DNA of 52,969 bases from Candidatus Omnitrophota bacterium. Lineage in GTDB: Bacteria; Omnitrophota; Gorgyraeia; Gorgyraeales; Gorgyraeaceae. The stretch is from the NCBI GenBank assembly GCA_026387235.1, contig JAPLMD010000044.1, positions 1 to 52,969 on the forward strand. The letters are read 5' to 3'. Positions 26,999 to 36,196 of this stretch are shown one piece after another. Within the stretch, counting starts at the first letter, position 1. Every line of letters starts with the position of its first letter. The notes beneath the pieces were generated by a model. That model saw only the letters and a program-made list of their open reading frames with translations, did no database searches and was not told where the DNA came from. The translations under genes were made by a program, and so were the position numbers.

Positions 26999-29900
26999 GC
27001 CTTTCGAGTTATTCAGTCAATAAGCCGGTAAGCATAACCATGCTTTTTATAGGCGTTGTTATTGTAGGCGTTGTTTCTCTTATAAGACTTCCTGTTGAAT
27101 TAAAACCCAATATTTCCTACGGAGATATAAGTATAATAGTGGAAGTAAGGGGCGGCATGCCTCCCCAGGAAGTTGAGAGCATGGTCACCAAACCGATAGA
27201 AGAAGCTGTGTCTACGGTTACCCATCTTGAAAACATCTATTCCACGTCAAAGGCAGGAGAGTCCAGGATATGGCTTGAATTTGAGCCTGGCATTAATATG
27301 GATTTTGCCGCGCTGGAAACAAGAGAAAAATTTTCCAAGATAAAAGATAAGCTCCCCAAGGAAATTGAAAAACCAATATTAGCCCAATACAAGGAATCCG
27401 ACACTCCTGTAATGATACTCGCGATTACCAGCAAAGCTCATACGGTAGAAACATTGAGAAGGGTCGTTGATGAACAGATTAAGGAGAGGATCTTAAGGGT
27501 AGAAGGCGTGGCAAACGTAGATGTGTACGGAGGAAGGGAAAGGAAGATCCTTGTTGAGATAGATCAGGCCAGGCTTCAGGCGCATCACGTGCCGATAGAT
27601 TACGTAGTGAGTTCATTGGGCTCGAATAATTTCAGCCTTCTTCTGGGCGATCTCCCCAGGGGAAAGAATAAATATCTGATAAGGGCTTTAGGGACTTTTG
27701 AAAGCGTTAAGGATATAGAAAATATAGGCGTGAGCGTTACTCCGCAGGGTTCTGTGATTAAACTTAAGGATGTTGCGACTGTAAAAGATTCGTTTATGGA
27801 ACCTTCAAGCTATGCCAGGACCGATATAGAGCCTGTAGTTTCAATATATATCCAGAAGGAATCCACAGCCAATACTATAAAGGTAGTCGGCGGGATAAAA
27901 AAAGAGCTCAATCAGATTAAAAATATAATAGATAGAAATATCTATATAAAGACGACGCTTAATCAGGCGGATGTAATAAACGATGCGATAGACGCTGTGA
28001 AAAGCTCTCTTATAAGCGGCGCGTTTCTTTCTATATTGATACTTCTGATAACGCTGAGGGATCTGAGGCCGACTTTTATAATAAGTATTACTATACCGAT
28101 CTCAGTCATGTTTACTTTTATCCTTATGTATTTTCAAAGGCTTTCATTGAACGTAATGACTTTGAGCGGCCTTGCGCTCGGCATAGGCATGCTTGTGGAT
28201 AATTCAATAGTAGTGCTTGATAATGTTGATAAAAAGAGATCAGGACTTCTGCCTTTACCCGGCTGGAAAGAGAAGGATAAAAACGCGGTAATAGAAGGCG
28301 CTTCGGAAATGGGGCTGGCAATAATCGCGTCTACCATAACTACCGTAATAGTATTTCTTCCGTTTGTATTTGTGAATAAAGAAACAAGGATGCTGTGGAG
28401 CGGGCTTGCTTTTACAGTTACGTATTCTCTATTGACAAGTTTATTCGTGGCTATGACCCTGGTACCTACTTTACTGAGCCAGATGGCGCGTAAGCCAATA
28501 GAAAAAAAAGAACAAAAGGTGTCAAATAAGAGCGCAGCCCTTAAAATAAAAGGCTTATATAGAAAAGGCCTGGTCATGGCTATTAGGTTCAGGTATCTAT
28601 TGATAGCCGTTGCGTTTTTGGCATTAAGCGTTGCGGTGTTTTTTGGAATAAAAATAGATAAAGAATTTATGGTAGAGGCAGAGGAAGGCCGTTTTACAAT
28701 ATTTGTTGAACTTGAGCCCGGCGCTAAATTAGATGTTACTGATAAGATGGTGAAGGAATTGGAAGAAAGGCTTTCTAAAATAAAAGAGATAAAGACTTTT
28801 ACCTCCAGAGTTGAACCATGGTCTTCTAAGATATATGTTAAATTAGTACCTGTAAGGAATAGAGCCAGCTCTACAAAGGAAGTAATGGACGCTATACGGT
28901 TAGAAGGAGATGCAGTGGCGAGGCGGTATAAGGGAGGTTTCATATATTTTTCGGAATTGGAAGAAAGCGGCTTGAAGGAACTGACCCTGGATTTATACGG
29001 GTATGATTATAAGATATTAAAAGAGACAGCCATTTCAATAGCTACCAGGTTTGGCAGTATAGACGGTCTTCAGGATATCAGGATGTCCAGGATAAGCGGC
29101 AGGCCGGAGTGGCTTATAAAAATAGATAAACAGCAGGCAGGTTCATTTGGGTTTACGACCCAGGAAGCGGCAGAGACATTGCACGGAGAAATAAGAGGGT
29201 TGAGGGCCACGCTTTTTCATACTGAAGCAAGAGAGATAGAGACCGTTACCAGGCTGCAGAAAAAATACAGGGAAAAGCTGGATGATGTAAGGCGGCTTAC
29301 AATATATACTTCTGAAGGAGAACCTATACTTTTAGAACAAATTGCGGATTTTGTGCCTGATATAGGCATGAGCGAGATCATAAGAAAAAATAAAACAAGG
29401 GTTGTGCACATCACTGCGATGGTTTCAAAGGGGTCTTTACAGAAGGCAGTGGAAAAAGTGAAAGCGAGCCTGGCAGATATGGAATTCCCCAAAGATTATT
29501 ATTGGAGGGTAGGCGGAGACTATGAAAGGAATATAAAGAGTGAAAAAGAGTTATCCGCGTTCCCTTTTTTGCTGAAGTCTCCGTATGTTCAGATGCCGGG
29601 CGTCTTATGGATAACATTATTATTGGTTTTTATGGTGCTGGCGGCTTTGTTTGAATCATTTACTCAGCCTTTTGTAATACTTTTTTCAGTGCCTCTTGCG
29701 ATAGTAGGAGTAGTTTCAGCGCTTTATATCTCCCATAAACCTATATCAAGAGGCGTTATTATCGGCGCTATAATGCTGGCGGGGATAGTTGTAAATAACG
29801 CAATCATTTTAGTCGACCGCATTAATTTTTTAAGAACGAAAAAAGACGGCGCAAGAACGGATAAATATCAGGAAATACTGCGTTCAGCTATAATAGCCGG

Positions 29901-30174
29901 CGAAGATAGATTCAGGCCTATTTTTATGACAACATCCACTACGATACTCGGACTGGTCCCAATGGCTTTTGACAGGAGCGAATCTGCAAATCTATGGTCT
30001 CCTCTCGCTATAACTGTTATAGGAGGACTGACGTCTTCTGCGATATTGACGCTTTTCCTGGTGCCGAGCGTTTATATGATCTTTGAAGATTTGAACAGCA
30101 TGATTTTTACGCCAAAACAATTATTAGTATTTATTCAAAAAAGAATTTGTGGTATAATAAATAGAAAAGTATGA
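26995..30174 (+). CDS. second RND (AcrB/HAE1-like) efflux permease
   Basis: ATGA overlap with the first RND gene. It is a 1059-aa paralog with the same TM/periplasmic-loop layout. Confidence 0.9.
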   Translation: MSLSSYSVNKPVSITMLFIGVVIVGVVSLIRLPVELKPNISYGDISIIVEVRGGMPPQEVESMVTKPIEEAVSTVTHLENIYSTSKAGESRIWLEFEPGINMDFAALETREKFSKIKDKLPKEIEKPILAQYKESDTPVMILAITSKAHTVETLRRVVDEQIKERILRVEGVANVDVYGGRERKILVEIDQARLQAHHVPIDYVVSSLGSNNFSLLLGDLPRGKNKYLIRALGTFESVKDIENIGVSVTPQGSVIKLKDVATVKDSFMEPSSYARTDIEPVVSIYIQKESTANTIKVVGGIKKELNQIKNIIDRNIYIKTTLNQADVINDAIDAVKSSLISGAFLSILILLITLRDLRPTFIISITIPISVMFTFILMYFQRLSLNVMTLSGLALGIGMLVDNSIVVLDNVDKKRSGLLPLPGWKEKDKNAVIEGASEMGLAIIASTITTVIVFLPFVFVNKETRMLWSGLAFTVTYSLLTSLFVAMTLVPTLLSQMARKPIEKKEQKVSNKSAALKIKGLYRKGLVMAIRFRYLLIAVAFLALSVAVFFGIKIDKEFMVEAEEGRFTIFVELEPGAKLDVTDKMVKELEERLSKIKEIKTFTSRVEPWSSKIYVKLVPVRNRASSTKEVMDAIRLEGDAVARRYKGGFIYFSELEESGLKELTLDLYGYDYKILKETAISIATRFGSIDGLQDIRMSRISGRPEWLIKIDKQQAGSFGFTTQEAAETLHGEIRGLRATLFHTEAREIETVTRLQKKYREKLDDVRRLTIYTSEGEPILLEQIADFVPDIGMSEIIRKNKTRVVHITAMVSKGSLQKAVEKVKASLADMEFPKDYYWRVGGDYERNIKSEKELSAFPFLLKSPYVQMPGVLWITLLLVFMVLAALFESFTQPFVILFSVPLAIVGVVSALYISHKPISRGVIIGAIMLAGIVVNNAIILVDRINFLRTKKDGARTDKYQEILRSAIIAGEDRFRPIFMTTSTTILGLVPMAFDRSESANLWSPLAITVIGGLTSSAILTLFLVPSVYMIFEDLNSMIFTPKQLLVFIQKRICGIINRKV
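30130..30158 (+). promoter_or_regulatory. possible internal promoter (extended -10) inside the 3' end of the RND gene
   Basis: TGGTATAAT (30150-30158) is the same extended -10 string as at 6682-6690. The -35 is weak (TTTATT, 17-nt spacer). It lies 16 nt upstream of leader element copy 3. Confidence 0.35.
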
Positions 30175-30242
30175 GGTCCCTCGCCGCGTATTTGCGGGCG
30201 CAATAGCGGCTCGGGATCAAATTTGCTTCGCAAATTTGGAGA
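30175..30242 (+). promoter_or_regulatory. two-hairpin SD-proximal leader element, copy 3
   Basis: It starts 1 nt after the RND stop. Sequence: GGTCCC-TCG-CCGC...GCGG-CTC-GGGATC, then CAAATTTG-cttcg-CAAATTTG-GAGA, then the ATG at 30250. Confidence 0.7.
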
Positions 30243-30249
30243 TAAATCT

Positions 30250-31428
30250 ATGGATAAAACACTGCGGTCAATACTATGGATATTGGTAGGATTGGTGGTG
30301 TTAAGCAGTTTCAGCACGGCTTGGTTTTTTCTTTCAAAGGAAAAACTCTATAATGAATATACGAATTTGGAAGAATTATTCAAGACTACCATGGATAAGC
30401 TGAATACGGAACTTACCCTGGCAACCAAGGAAAAAACAGAATTAAATTCGAAATTGCAGGCCATAAAAGAGAAATTTAACACCCTGGAGGCAAGTCATTC
30501 CACCCTGAAGTCTGAACGCGAGGCAGCGGTCGGCGAAAGAGATTCCCTGAAGAGGGATCTCGCTAGCGTTAAAAAAGGAAAAGCGTTCCTTGAGAATAGA
30601 TTGAAGGAAATGGAATCGGATATGTTTGTTGCCAACCTTCTTAAACAGAAAGTTGGGTTAGAAGTAGAGATAGATAGTTTAAAAAACGATATGGCCCCGA
30701 AAGATCGAGAGGTATCCAGATTAAAAGCTGAATGCATGGATAGAGATTTAAGGCTGGCCAAGTTGCAGGAAGAGAAGAATGCGATTGACCAGAGATTGAG
30801 AAATTCCGAACAGGTCGCGCAGATTCTGAGCAGCGACCTGCTGAAAGAAAAGGATGCGAATAAAAACGACAAGGCAATGTCTGAAAAGACTGCAATGGAG
30901 AATAGCGCGCTTAGATTCAAAATATCAGAATTCGAGGGGATAGCGAAAGAATACAATAACCTTTTGGCTGAGAAAGAAAATATGAAAACAAACCTTGCCA
31001 GGCTCGAAAGCGATATAGAGCATAAGAATCGGGAAATAGATAAATTCAAGATCGCGCTTCAGGAAAATGCGGCCAGGCCTGGGGAAATAAGGGCAGAGAC
31101 GTATCATAGCCCCGAAGAAGTAGATCTCCCTCCAATCGTCGCGCAGAAGACAGCTAAACTTACGACCCCTTCTTTGGAACGGATAGGCGAGAATACGGAG
31201 TTAAAAGGCAGGATTGTTACGATTAATAAGGAGCATAATTTTGTAGTCATAGACCTTGGCAGGCAGGACGGTATTGGCATAGGGAATAAGTTTAATGTTT
31301 ACAGAGGAGATACATTTCTTGGCTCAGTAGAAATTATACAGGCGCGCGACAGGATTGCCGCGGCTGACATAAAAGATTTGACAGAAGGCATGAGCATAGA
31401 AATAAATGATACTGTTGTAAAAAGATGA
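30250..31428 (+). CDS. membrane-anchored long coiled-coil protein with small C-terminal beta domain
   Basis: Start at MDKTLRSILWILVGLVVLSSF (TM anchor) just after the leader element. The track start at 30223 lies inside the element. About 270 aa are heptad-rich (E/K/L) and the protein ends GRIVTINKEHNFVVIDLGRQDGIGIGNKFNVYRGD.... Confidence 0.6.
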   Translation: MDKTLRSILWILVGLVVLSSFSTAWFFLSKEKLYNEYTNLEELFKTTMDKLNTELTLATKEKTELNSKLQAIKEKFNTLEASHSTLKSEREAAVGERDSLKRDLASVKKGKAFLENRLKEMESDMFVANLLKQKVGLEVEIDSLKNDMAPKDREVSRLKAECMDRDLRLAKLQEEKNAIDQRLRNSEQVAQILSSDLLKEKDANKNDKAMSEKTAMENSALRFKISEFEGIAKEYNNLLAEKENMKTNLARLESDIEHKNREIDKFKIALQENAARPGEIRAETYHSPEEVDLPPIVAQKTAKLTTPSLERIGENTELKGRIVTINKEHNFVVIDLGRQDGIGIGNKFNVYRGDTFLGSVEIIQARDRIAAADIKDLTEGMSIEINDTVVKR

Positions 31429-31431
31429 GCG

Positions 31432-32508
31432 ATGGACCTTTCGAAATTTTCAGTAATATTAGACCTCAAGAAAAAGGTAAGCACTAAATCTCTCGTCTTA
31501 TTTACTAGACAGCTATCCACGCTTATAGCAGCAGGCCTACCTCTTGTAAAATCCCTCAGGACATTGCAGGATCAGCTGGAAACAGGAACTTTGAAAGGCG
31601 TTATAAAATCAATAGCCGATGAAGTGGAAAGCGGTTCCAACTTTTCAGAGGCCCTGGCGCACTTTCCGAAAGTGTTTCCGGATTTTTACATAAATATGAT
31701 AAAGGCCGGAGAACTCGGAGGCATGCTTGAGGATATACTAAAGCGCCTGTCTGAGTTTCTGGATAAGACGCAGAAACTGAAGGATAAGGTAAAATCAGCG
31801 CTCATGTACCCTATGTTTGTCATGATAGTCGCGGTGCTTATACTTATCATGTTGATGGTGTTTGTAATCCCTACGTTTACAAGCATGTTTTCAGAGGTAG
31901 GAGGGAGCCTTCCTATTCCTACTAAGATATTGATAGTTATAAGCGAGATTACAAGGCGCATATGGTTTCTTATACCTCTTTTGCCTGTGGCCGTGATCGC
32001 GATATATAAGGCGATTGTAAAAAATCCTGACAGAAGATTGATAGTTGATAAGATGAAACTGCACATACCTGTTGTAGGGAATTTAATACAGCAGATTGCG
32101 GTTGCAAGATTTTCAAGGACGCTGGGAACGCTGCTTTCAAGCGGAGTTCCGATACTTGCCGCGCTTCAGACAGTGAGAGATACTATAGGCAATGAATTCA
32201 TTGCCAGGGCGGTTATGCAAGTGCGGGACAGCATAAAAGAAGGAGAAAGCGTATCTGGGCCTATGGAGGCAAGCAAGGCTTTTCCGCCGCTTGTCACAAA
32301 GATGGTTTCTATAGGCGAGGAAACAGGGGATTTGGCCAAGATGCTGATACAGATCGCGGATAATTTTGAAGACGAGGTAGATGTGGCAGTAAGCGGCCTT
32401 ACATCTCTTCTTGAACCGCTTCTTATAGTTTTTATGGGCCTTGTCGTTGGATTTATCGTAGTTTCGATGTTTATGCCGCTATTTTCGCTGGCAAAACTTA
32501 TCGAATAA
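31432..32508 (+). CDS. type II secretion / type IV pilus platform protein (GspF/PilC family)
   Basis: Two T2SSF-type repeats (FTRQLSTLIAAGLPLVKSL... and FSRTLGTLLSSGVPILAAL...) with three TM helices. Confidence 0.85.
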   Translation: MDLSKFSVILDLKKKVSTKSLVLFTRQLSTLIAAGLPLVKSLRTLQDQLETGTLKGVIKSIADEVESGSNFSEALAHFPKVFPDFYINMIKAGELGGMLEDILKRLSEFLDKTQKLKDKVKSALMYPMFVMIVAVLILIMLMVFVIPTFTSMFSEVGGSLPIPTKILIVISEITRRIWFLIPLLPVAVIAIYKAIVKNPDRRLIVDKMKLHIPVVGNLIQQIAVARFSRTLGTLLSSGVPILAALQTVRDTIGNEFIARAVMQVRDSIKEGESVSGPMEASKAFPPLVTKMVSIGEETGDLAKMLIQIADNFEDEVDVAVSGLTSLLEPLLIVFMGLVVGFIVVSMFMPLFSLAKLIE

Positions 32509-32510
32509 AA

Positions 32511-32894
32511 ATGAACAAAAAAGGTTTTTCACTGCTGGAATTAATTATCGCGATAGCCGTATTGGCTGTTGGTTTGGTGGGAGTGCTGCAGATATTTCCT
32601 ATTGGTTTAAGGGCATCACAGCGCGCAGGCATGATGACAAAGGCGTCTTTTCTGGCCCAGAATAAGATAGAAGACGTAAAACTGGCAGGATTTGACGCAA
32701 TAGCAGAACTCCCTCCGAAAATACCTCTTTCAGGAATGGACGGAGATTTTGAGTGGGCTATAAAAATAGATAATGTTTCGCTTGAAGGAGTGGAATCGCA
32801 GGATGATATGAGAAAGGTTGTAGTTACTGTCAGCTGGCCTGAACGCAATACCGCAAGATCCAAAGATTTTATTACATATGTCACTAAGCAATAA
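32511..32894 (+). CDS. prepilin-type minor pseudopilin (GspI/PilV-like)
   Basis: MNKKG|FSLLELIIAIAVLAVGLVGV is a class III signal peptide with a cleavage/methylation motif. Confidence 0.8.
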   Translation: MNKKGFSLLELIIAIAVLAVGLVGVLQIFPIGLRASQRAGMMTKASFLAQNKIEDVKLAGFDAIAELPPKIPLSGMDGDFEWAIKIDNVSLEGVESQDDMRKVVVTVSWPERNTARSKDFITYVTKQ

Positions 32895-33561
32895 AGATAC
32901 ATGGGAGCACAAGGACACAAGGACACAAGGACACAAGGACACAAGTGTCGTGGTGTCTTGGTGTCCTGGTGTACCCACGAAAGCAGTCTTATATAAGGGT
33001 TTTACACTTGTTGAAATATTAATCTCACTTGCGATATTGGCAATGATAGTTACTTCTACGTTTACAATTTTCAGAAGCGCTTCAAAATCCTGGCAGAAGG
33101 GCGAGACTAGAAGCGAGCGTTATCAAAATGCGAGAAGCGCCATCTCCAGGATTAGCTCAGAGACAAGCCAGGCGGTAATTAACAGCAGTCCTCTTTGTAA
33201 ATTTACAGGAGATAAGAACAAGGTCAGTTTTGTTTCTTTTGTTTCTACGGGCCCAGGCGTATTTGAACTTAGCGAAGTGGAATACTGGCTGGATGGCGCT
33301 AAAAGGCTTCTTATGCGCAATGATGAAATAGACCCGGATTATGATTTTACAACCTATGGCCATAGCGACATATTAAGTGAAAACATTTCAGAGCTGGAAT
33401 TTTCATATTTTGATGGGTTGATATGGCTAGATACCTGGAATTCTGATCAAGCCTCAGGCGTTGGCCTGCCAAAGGCAGTTAAGATAAAGATAAGAGTAGA
33501 AGATAAAAAAGCTAAAGAAGGCGAAATTTTTGAAGTCATAGCCCGCCTTAGAACCGCATAA
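32878..33561 (+). CDS. prepilin-type pseudopilin (GspJ-like); start codon uncertain
   Basis: The KG|FTLVEILISLAILAMIV methylation motif lies 42 codons after the ATG at 32878, and those codons are largely the octamer element. In-frame GTGs at 32950/32953 would give a normal short leader but lack an SD. Confidence 0.7.
   Translation: MSLSNKDTWEHKDTRTQGHKDTSVVVSWCPGVPTKAVLYKGFTLVEILISLAILAMIVTSTFTIFRSASKSWQKGETRSERYQNARSAISRISSETSQAVINSSPLCKFTGDKNKVSFVSFVSTGPGVFELSEVEYWLDGAKRLLMRNDEIDPDYDFTTYGHSDILSENISELEFSYFDGLIWLDTWNSDQASGVGLPKAVKIKIRVEDKKAKEGEIFEVIARLRTA
32904..32972. repeat. octanucleotide tandem-repeat hairpin (GGACACAA)x4-5 directly abutting (TGGTGTCY)x~3.5
   Basis: Perfect units are at 32913, 32921, 32929 and 32937, with the inverted arm at 32946-32972. 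The loop is almost absent and there is one A.G mismatch per unit. Confidence 0.9.
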
Positions 33562-33576
33562 ACTGGAAATGATATT

Positions 33577-34584
33577 ATGAAAATAGGCATAATCGGCCCG
33601 GCGCAGTCCGGTAAAACAACCATATTTAAAGTCCTGCTGCAGTCTGCCAATATTACCGGCGATATAGGAATGCTTAAATTCATGGACCAGCGCATAGAAA
33701 AGCTGAGCGATATCTTTTCTTCAAAGAAAAAGGTTTATCCTGAAACAGCTTTTCTGGATATAGGCCTGGCAACTGGTTTTACGGGTAAAGAGTATTCCAA
33801 ACTGCATGACATAGACCTCTTTATATGCGTGGCAAACGCGTTTTTCAACGAAGACCCTAAAAAAGACCTGGAAAGCTATATAACGGATCTCATACTTTCT
33901 GACCTTGAGGCAATACAGTCCAGGATTACCAGGATAGAGAAAGAAAGAATGAAGATGAAGACTGATGCGGAAGGGGAAACGAGGCTGTTAAAGAAATGCC
34001 AGGATTCTCTTGAAAATTCAAAACTTTTACGCAATATAGGGCTAGCCAGGGACGAACTGAAACTTTTTTCCGGTTTTTCATTTATAACTCTCAGGCCCAT
34101 AATTGTTGTTATAAACCTTGAAGAAGGGAAACCTGAAGATAAGGTAAAGTCAACTGAAGAATACTGTTCTATAATTGGCATGAGGCATGTAAGGTTTTTT
34201 GGCAAGACAGAGCTCGAGCTTCTGGAATTAAATCCGGAAGAACGCGATCAATTTTCCAAAGAGATGGGCTCCGGGTATAATTTCAGGGAGAATATGTCAA
34301 AATTAATATGCAGGGAATTGAATCTTATTACATTTTTTACGGCAGGAGACAAAGATACTACAGGCTGGCATTTGGAATCAGGCTTGAGCGTAATAGAAGC
34401 CGCGGGCAAGATACATTCTGATATAAAAAGGGGTTTTATCAGGGCAGAGGTCGTGAATTACGAAGATTTCGTAAAATTTGAGGGCAATATGCAGAAGGTG
34501 CGCGAAGCAGGATTGTTAAAGATAGAGGGGAAAGAGTATATTGTTAAAGATGGGGATATGTTAAACATCCGTTTTAATGTATAA
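33577..34584 (+). CDS. YchF-like (Obg family, DUF933 C-terminal domain) P-loop NTPase, divergent
   Basis: P-loop GIIGPAQSGKTTIF and a helical insertion. The C-terminal ITFFTAG..GWH...G....AAGKIHSDIKRGFIRAEVV...F matches the YchF TGS-like domain pattern. Confidence 0.7.
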   Translation: MKIGIIGPAQSGKTTIFKVLLQSANITGDIGMLKFMDQRIEKLSDIFSSKKKVYPETAFLDIGLATGFTGKEYSKLHDIDLFICVANAFFNEDPKKDLESYITDLILSDLEAIQSRITRIEKERMKMKTDAEGETRLLKKCQDSLENSKLLRNIGLARDELKLFSGFSFITLRPIIVVINLEEGKPEDKVKSTEEYCSIIGMRHVRFFGKTELELLELNPEERDQFSKEMGSGYNFRENMSKLICRELNLITFFTAGDKDTTGWHLESGLSVIEAAGKIHSDIKRGFIRAEVVNYEDFVKFEGNMQKVREAGLLKIEGKEYIVKDGDMLNIRFNV

Positions 34585-34585
34585 C

Positions 34586-34615
34586 ATCAAATTTTGTTTC
34601 ACAAAATTTTGGAGG
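34586..34615 (+). promoter_or_regulatory. SD-proximal leader element, copy 4 (hairpin 2 only)
   Basis: ATCAAATTTTG-tttca-CAAAATTTTGGAGG starts 2 nt after the YchF-like stop. The ATG is at 34620. Confidence 0.6.
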
Positions 34616-34619
34616 AAGA

Positions 34620-36191
34620 ATGCGGAAGATTAGAAGGGCGCTTATAAGCGTTTCAGACAAGGCAGGATTAGAAGAACTGGTAAAGGTGTTGAATGAATTT
34701 AAAGTAGAGATATTATCGACAGGCGGTACAGCCAAACTTATAGCGGGCTTGGGCGTACCTGTTAAATCCGTGTCAGACCACACTGGATTTCCGGAGATGT
34801 TAGACGGCAGAGTAAAGACATTGCATCCGAAGATTCACGGCGGGCTGCTGGCTATCCGGGATAAAAAAGAACATATGGAGCAGATTAAAAAACATGATAT
34901 AAGCCTGATAGATATGGTTGTAGTGAATCTTTATCCTTTTGAAAAAACAGTCGCCAAGTCCGATGTGAAATTAGAAGAGGCGATCGAGAATATAGATATA
35001 GGCGGGCCAAGCATGCTGCGCTCAGCAGCAAAAAATTCTAAAGATGTTGTGGTGGTGTGCAATCCTGATAGGTATAGAGATGTGATAGAAGAATTAAAGA
35101 AAAATGACGGAGCGATCTCCGATGAATTGCATTTCAGGCTAGGGGTGGAGGTGTTTGAAAAGACGTCAAAGTATGATGCGGCAATTTATAACTATTTGAA
35201 AAAACAGGTTGGCGGCGAAGAGTCAAAGGTGGAGGGTGAAGATTTTCCTGAAACATTGGAATTAAAATTTTACAAGGTGCAGGGGTTGAGATATGGAGAA
35301 AATCCTCATCAGAAGGCGGGTTTCTATAAAGATAAAAATGTGAATGCGGCAGGTATTTCCAATGCCAGGCAGCTTCACGGTAAAGAGCTGTCATTTAATA
35401 ATATAATAGACCTGGACGCAGCGATTGAAATAGTAAAAGAATTCGAAGAACCTGCGGCGAGCGTTATAAAACATACGAATCCCTGTGGTGCGGCAAGTAA
35501 TAAGACATTGGCGGACGCATATAATGATGCTTTGGATTGCGATAAGGTTTCCGCTTTTGGAAGCATAGTAGGCCTTAATAGAGAGGTGGATTTTAAAACA
35601 GCCGAGGCAATAATCAATGCCGGTTTTACAGAGTGCATTATTGCGCCTTCGTATGAAAAAAAGGCCCTGGATATTTTAATGGCAAAGAAGAATTTGAGAT
35701 TAATAGAAACGGGAGAATTGAAAGGAATAGAAAAAGATTATGATCTTAAAAAGGTTGTAGGCGGGCTTTTGATACAGGATAGAGATGTTTTTCATATAGA
35801 AGAAAAAGATTTAAGGGTGGTTACGAAGAAGAAACCTACAAAGGAAGAGACAGCGTCTTTGCTTTTCGGTTGGAAAATAGTGAAACATGTAAGGTCAAAT
35901 GCAATAGTCCTGTCACAGGGCACTAAGACCGTAGGGATAGGAGCGGGCCAGATGTCCAGGGTTGATTCAATGGTTATCGCCATAATGAAATCCAAAGGAC
36001 TTTCTAAAGGCGCTACATGCGCGAGTGACGCGTTCTTTCCTAAAGAAGACGCTATAGAAGAAGCCAAGAAAGCAGGCATAACGAGTATAATCCAGCCAGG
36101 CGGTTCTATCCGCGATGAGTATGTAATAAAAGCATGCGATGACGCAGGTATAAGCATGGTTCTTACAGGCGTCAGGCATTTTAAGCATTGA
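34620..36191 (+). CDS. purH: bifunctional AICAR transformylase / IMP cyclohydrolase
   Basis: 523 aa with the MGS-like N terminus RALISVSDKAGLEELV...STGGTAKL and VKTLHPKIHGGLL. It is PurH-like over its full length. Confidence 0.95.
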   Translation: MRKIRRALISVSDKAGLEELVKVLNEFKVEILSTGGTAKLIAGLGVPVKSVSDHTGFPEMLDGRVKTLHPKIHGGLLAIRDKKEHMEQIKKHDISLIDMVVVNLYPFEKTVAKSDVKLEEAIENIDIGGPSMLRSAAKNSKDVVVVCNPDRYRDVIEELKKNDGAISDELHFRLGVEVFEKTSKYDAAIYNYLKKQVGGEESKVEGEDFPETLELKFYKVQGLRYGENPHQKAGFYKDKNVNAAGISNARQLHGKELSFNNIIDLDAAIEIVKEFEEPAASVIKHTNPCGAASNKTLADAYNDALDCDKVSAFGSIVGLNREVDFKTAEAIINAGFTECIIAPSYEKKALDILMAKKNLRLIETGELKGIEKDYDLKKVVGGLLIQDRDVFHIEEKDLRVVTKKKPTKEETASLLFGWKIVKHVRSNAIVLSQGTKTVGIGAGQMSRVDSMVIAIMKSKGLSKGATCASDAFFPKEDAIEEAKKAGITSIIQPGGSIRDEYVIKACDDAGISMVLTGVRHFKH

Positions 36192-36196
36192 TAAAA

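Noticed and set aside
28134-28943. Long minus-strand ORFs in the track: 28134..28943 (269 aa), 30495..31049, 35792..36223, 24286..24717, 26140..26592, 23596..24021, 36593..36988, 39969..40397, 47424..47852 and many shorter ones.
   Set aside because: All lie antisense to plus-strand genes with strong family signatures. Their translations are low-complexity (S/L/I/F-rich) shadow frames with no SD or promoter context.
34585-34619. A ZTP (pfl) riboswitch upstream of purH, or a THF riboswitch upstream of folC/folE.
   Set aside because: The purH upstream gap is only 35 nt and consists of the AT hairpin plus SD. The folC gap is filled by the rod-like repeat, and the folE gap is 26 nt. I see no pfl- or THF-like conserved strings.
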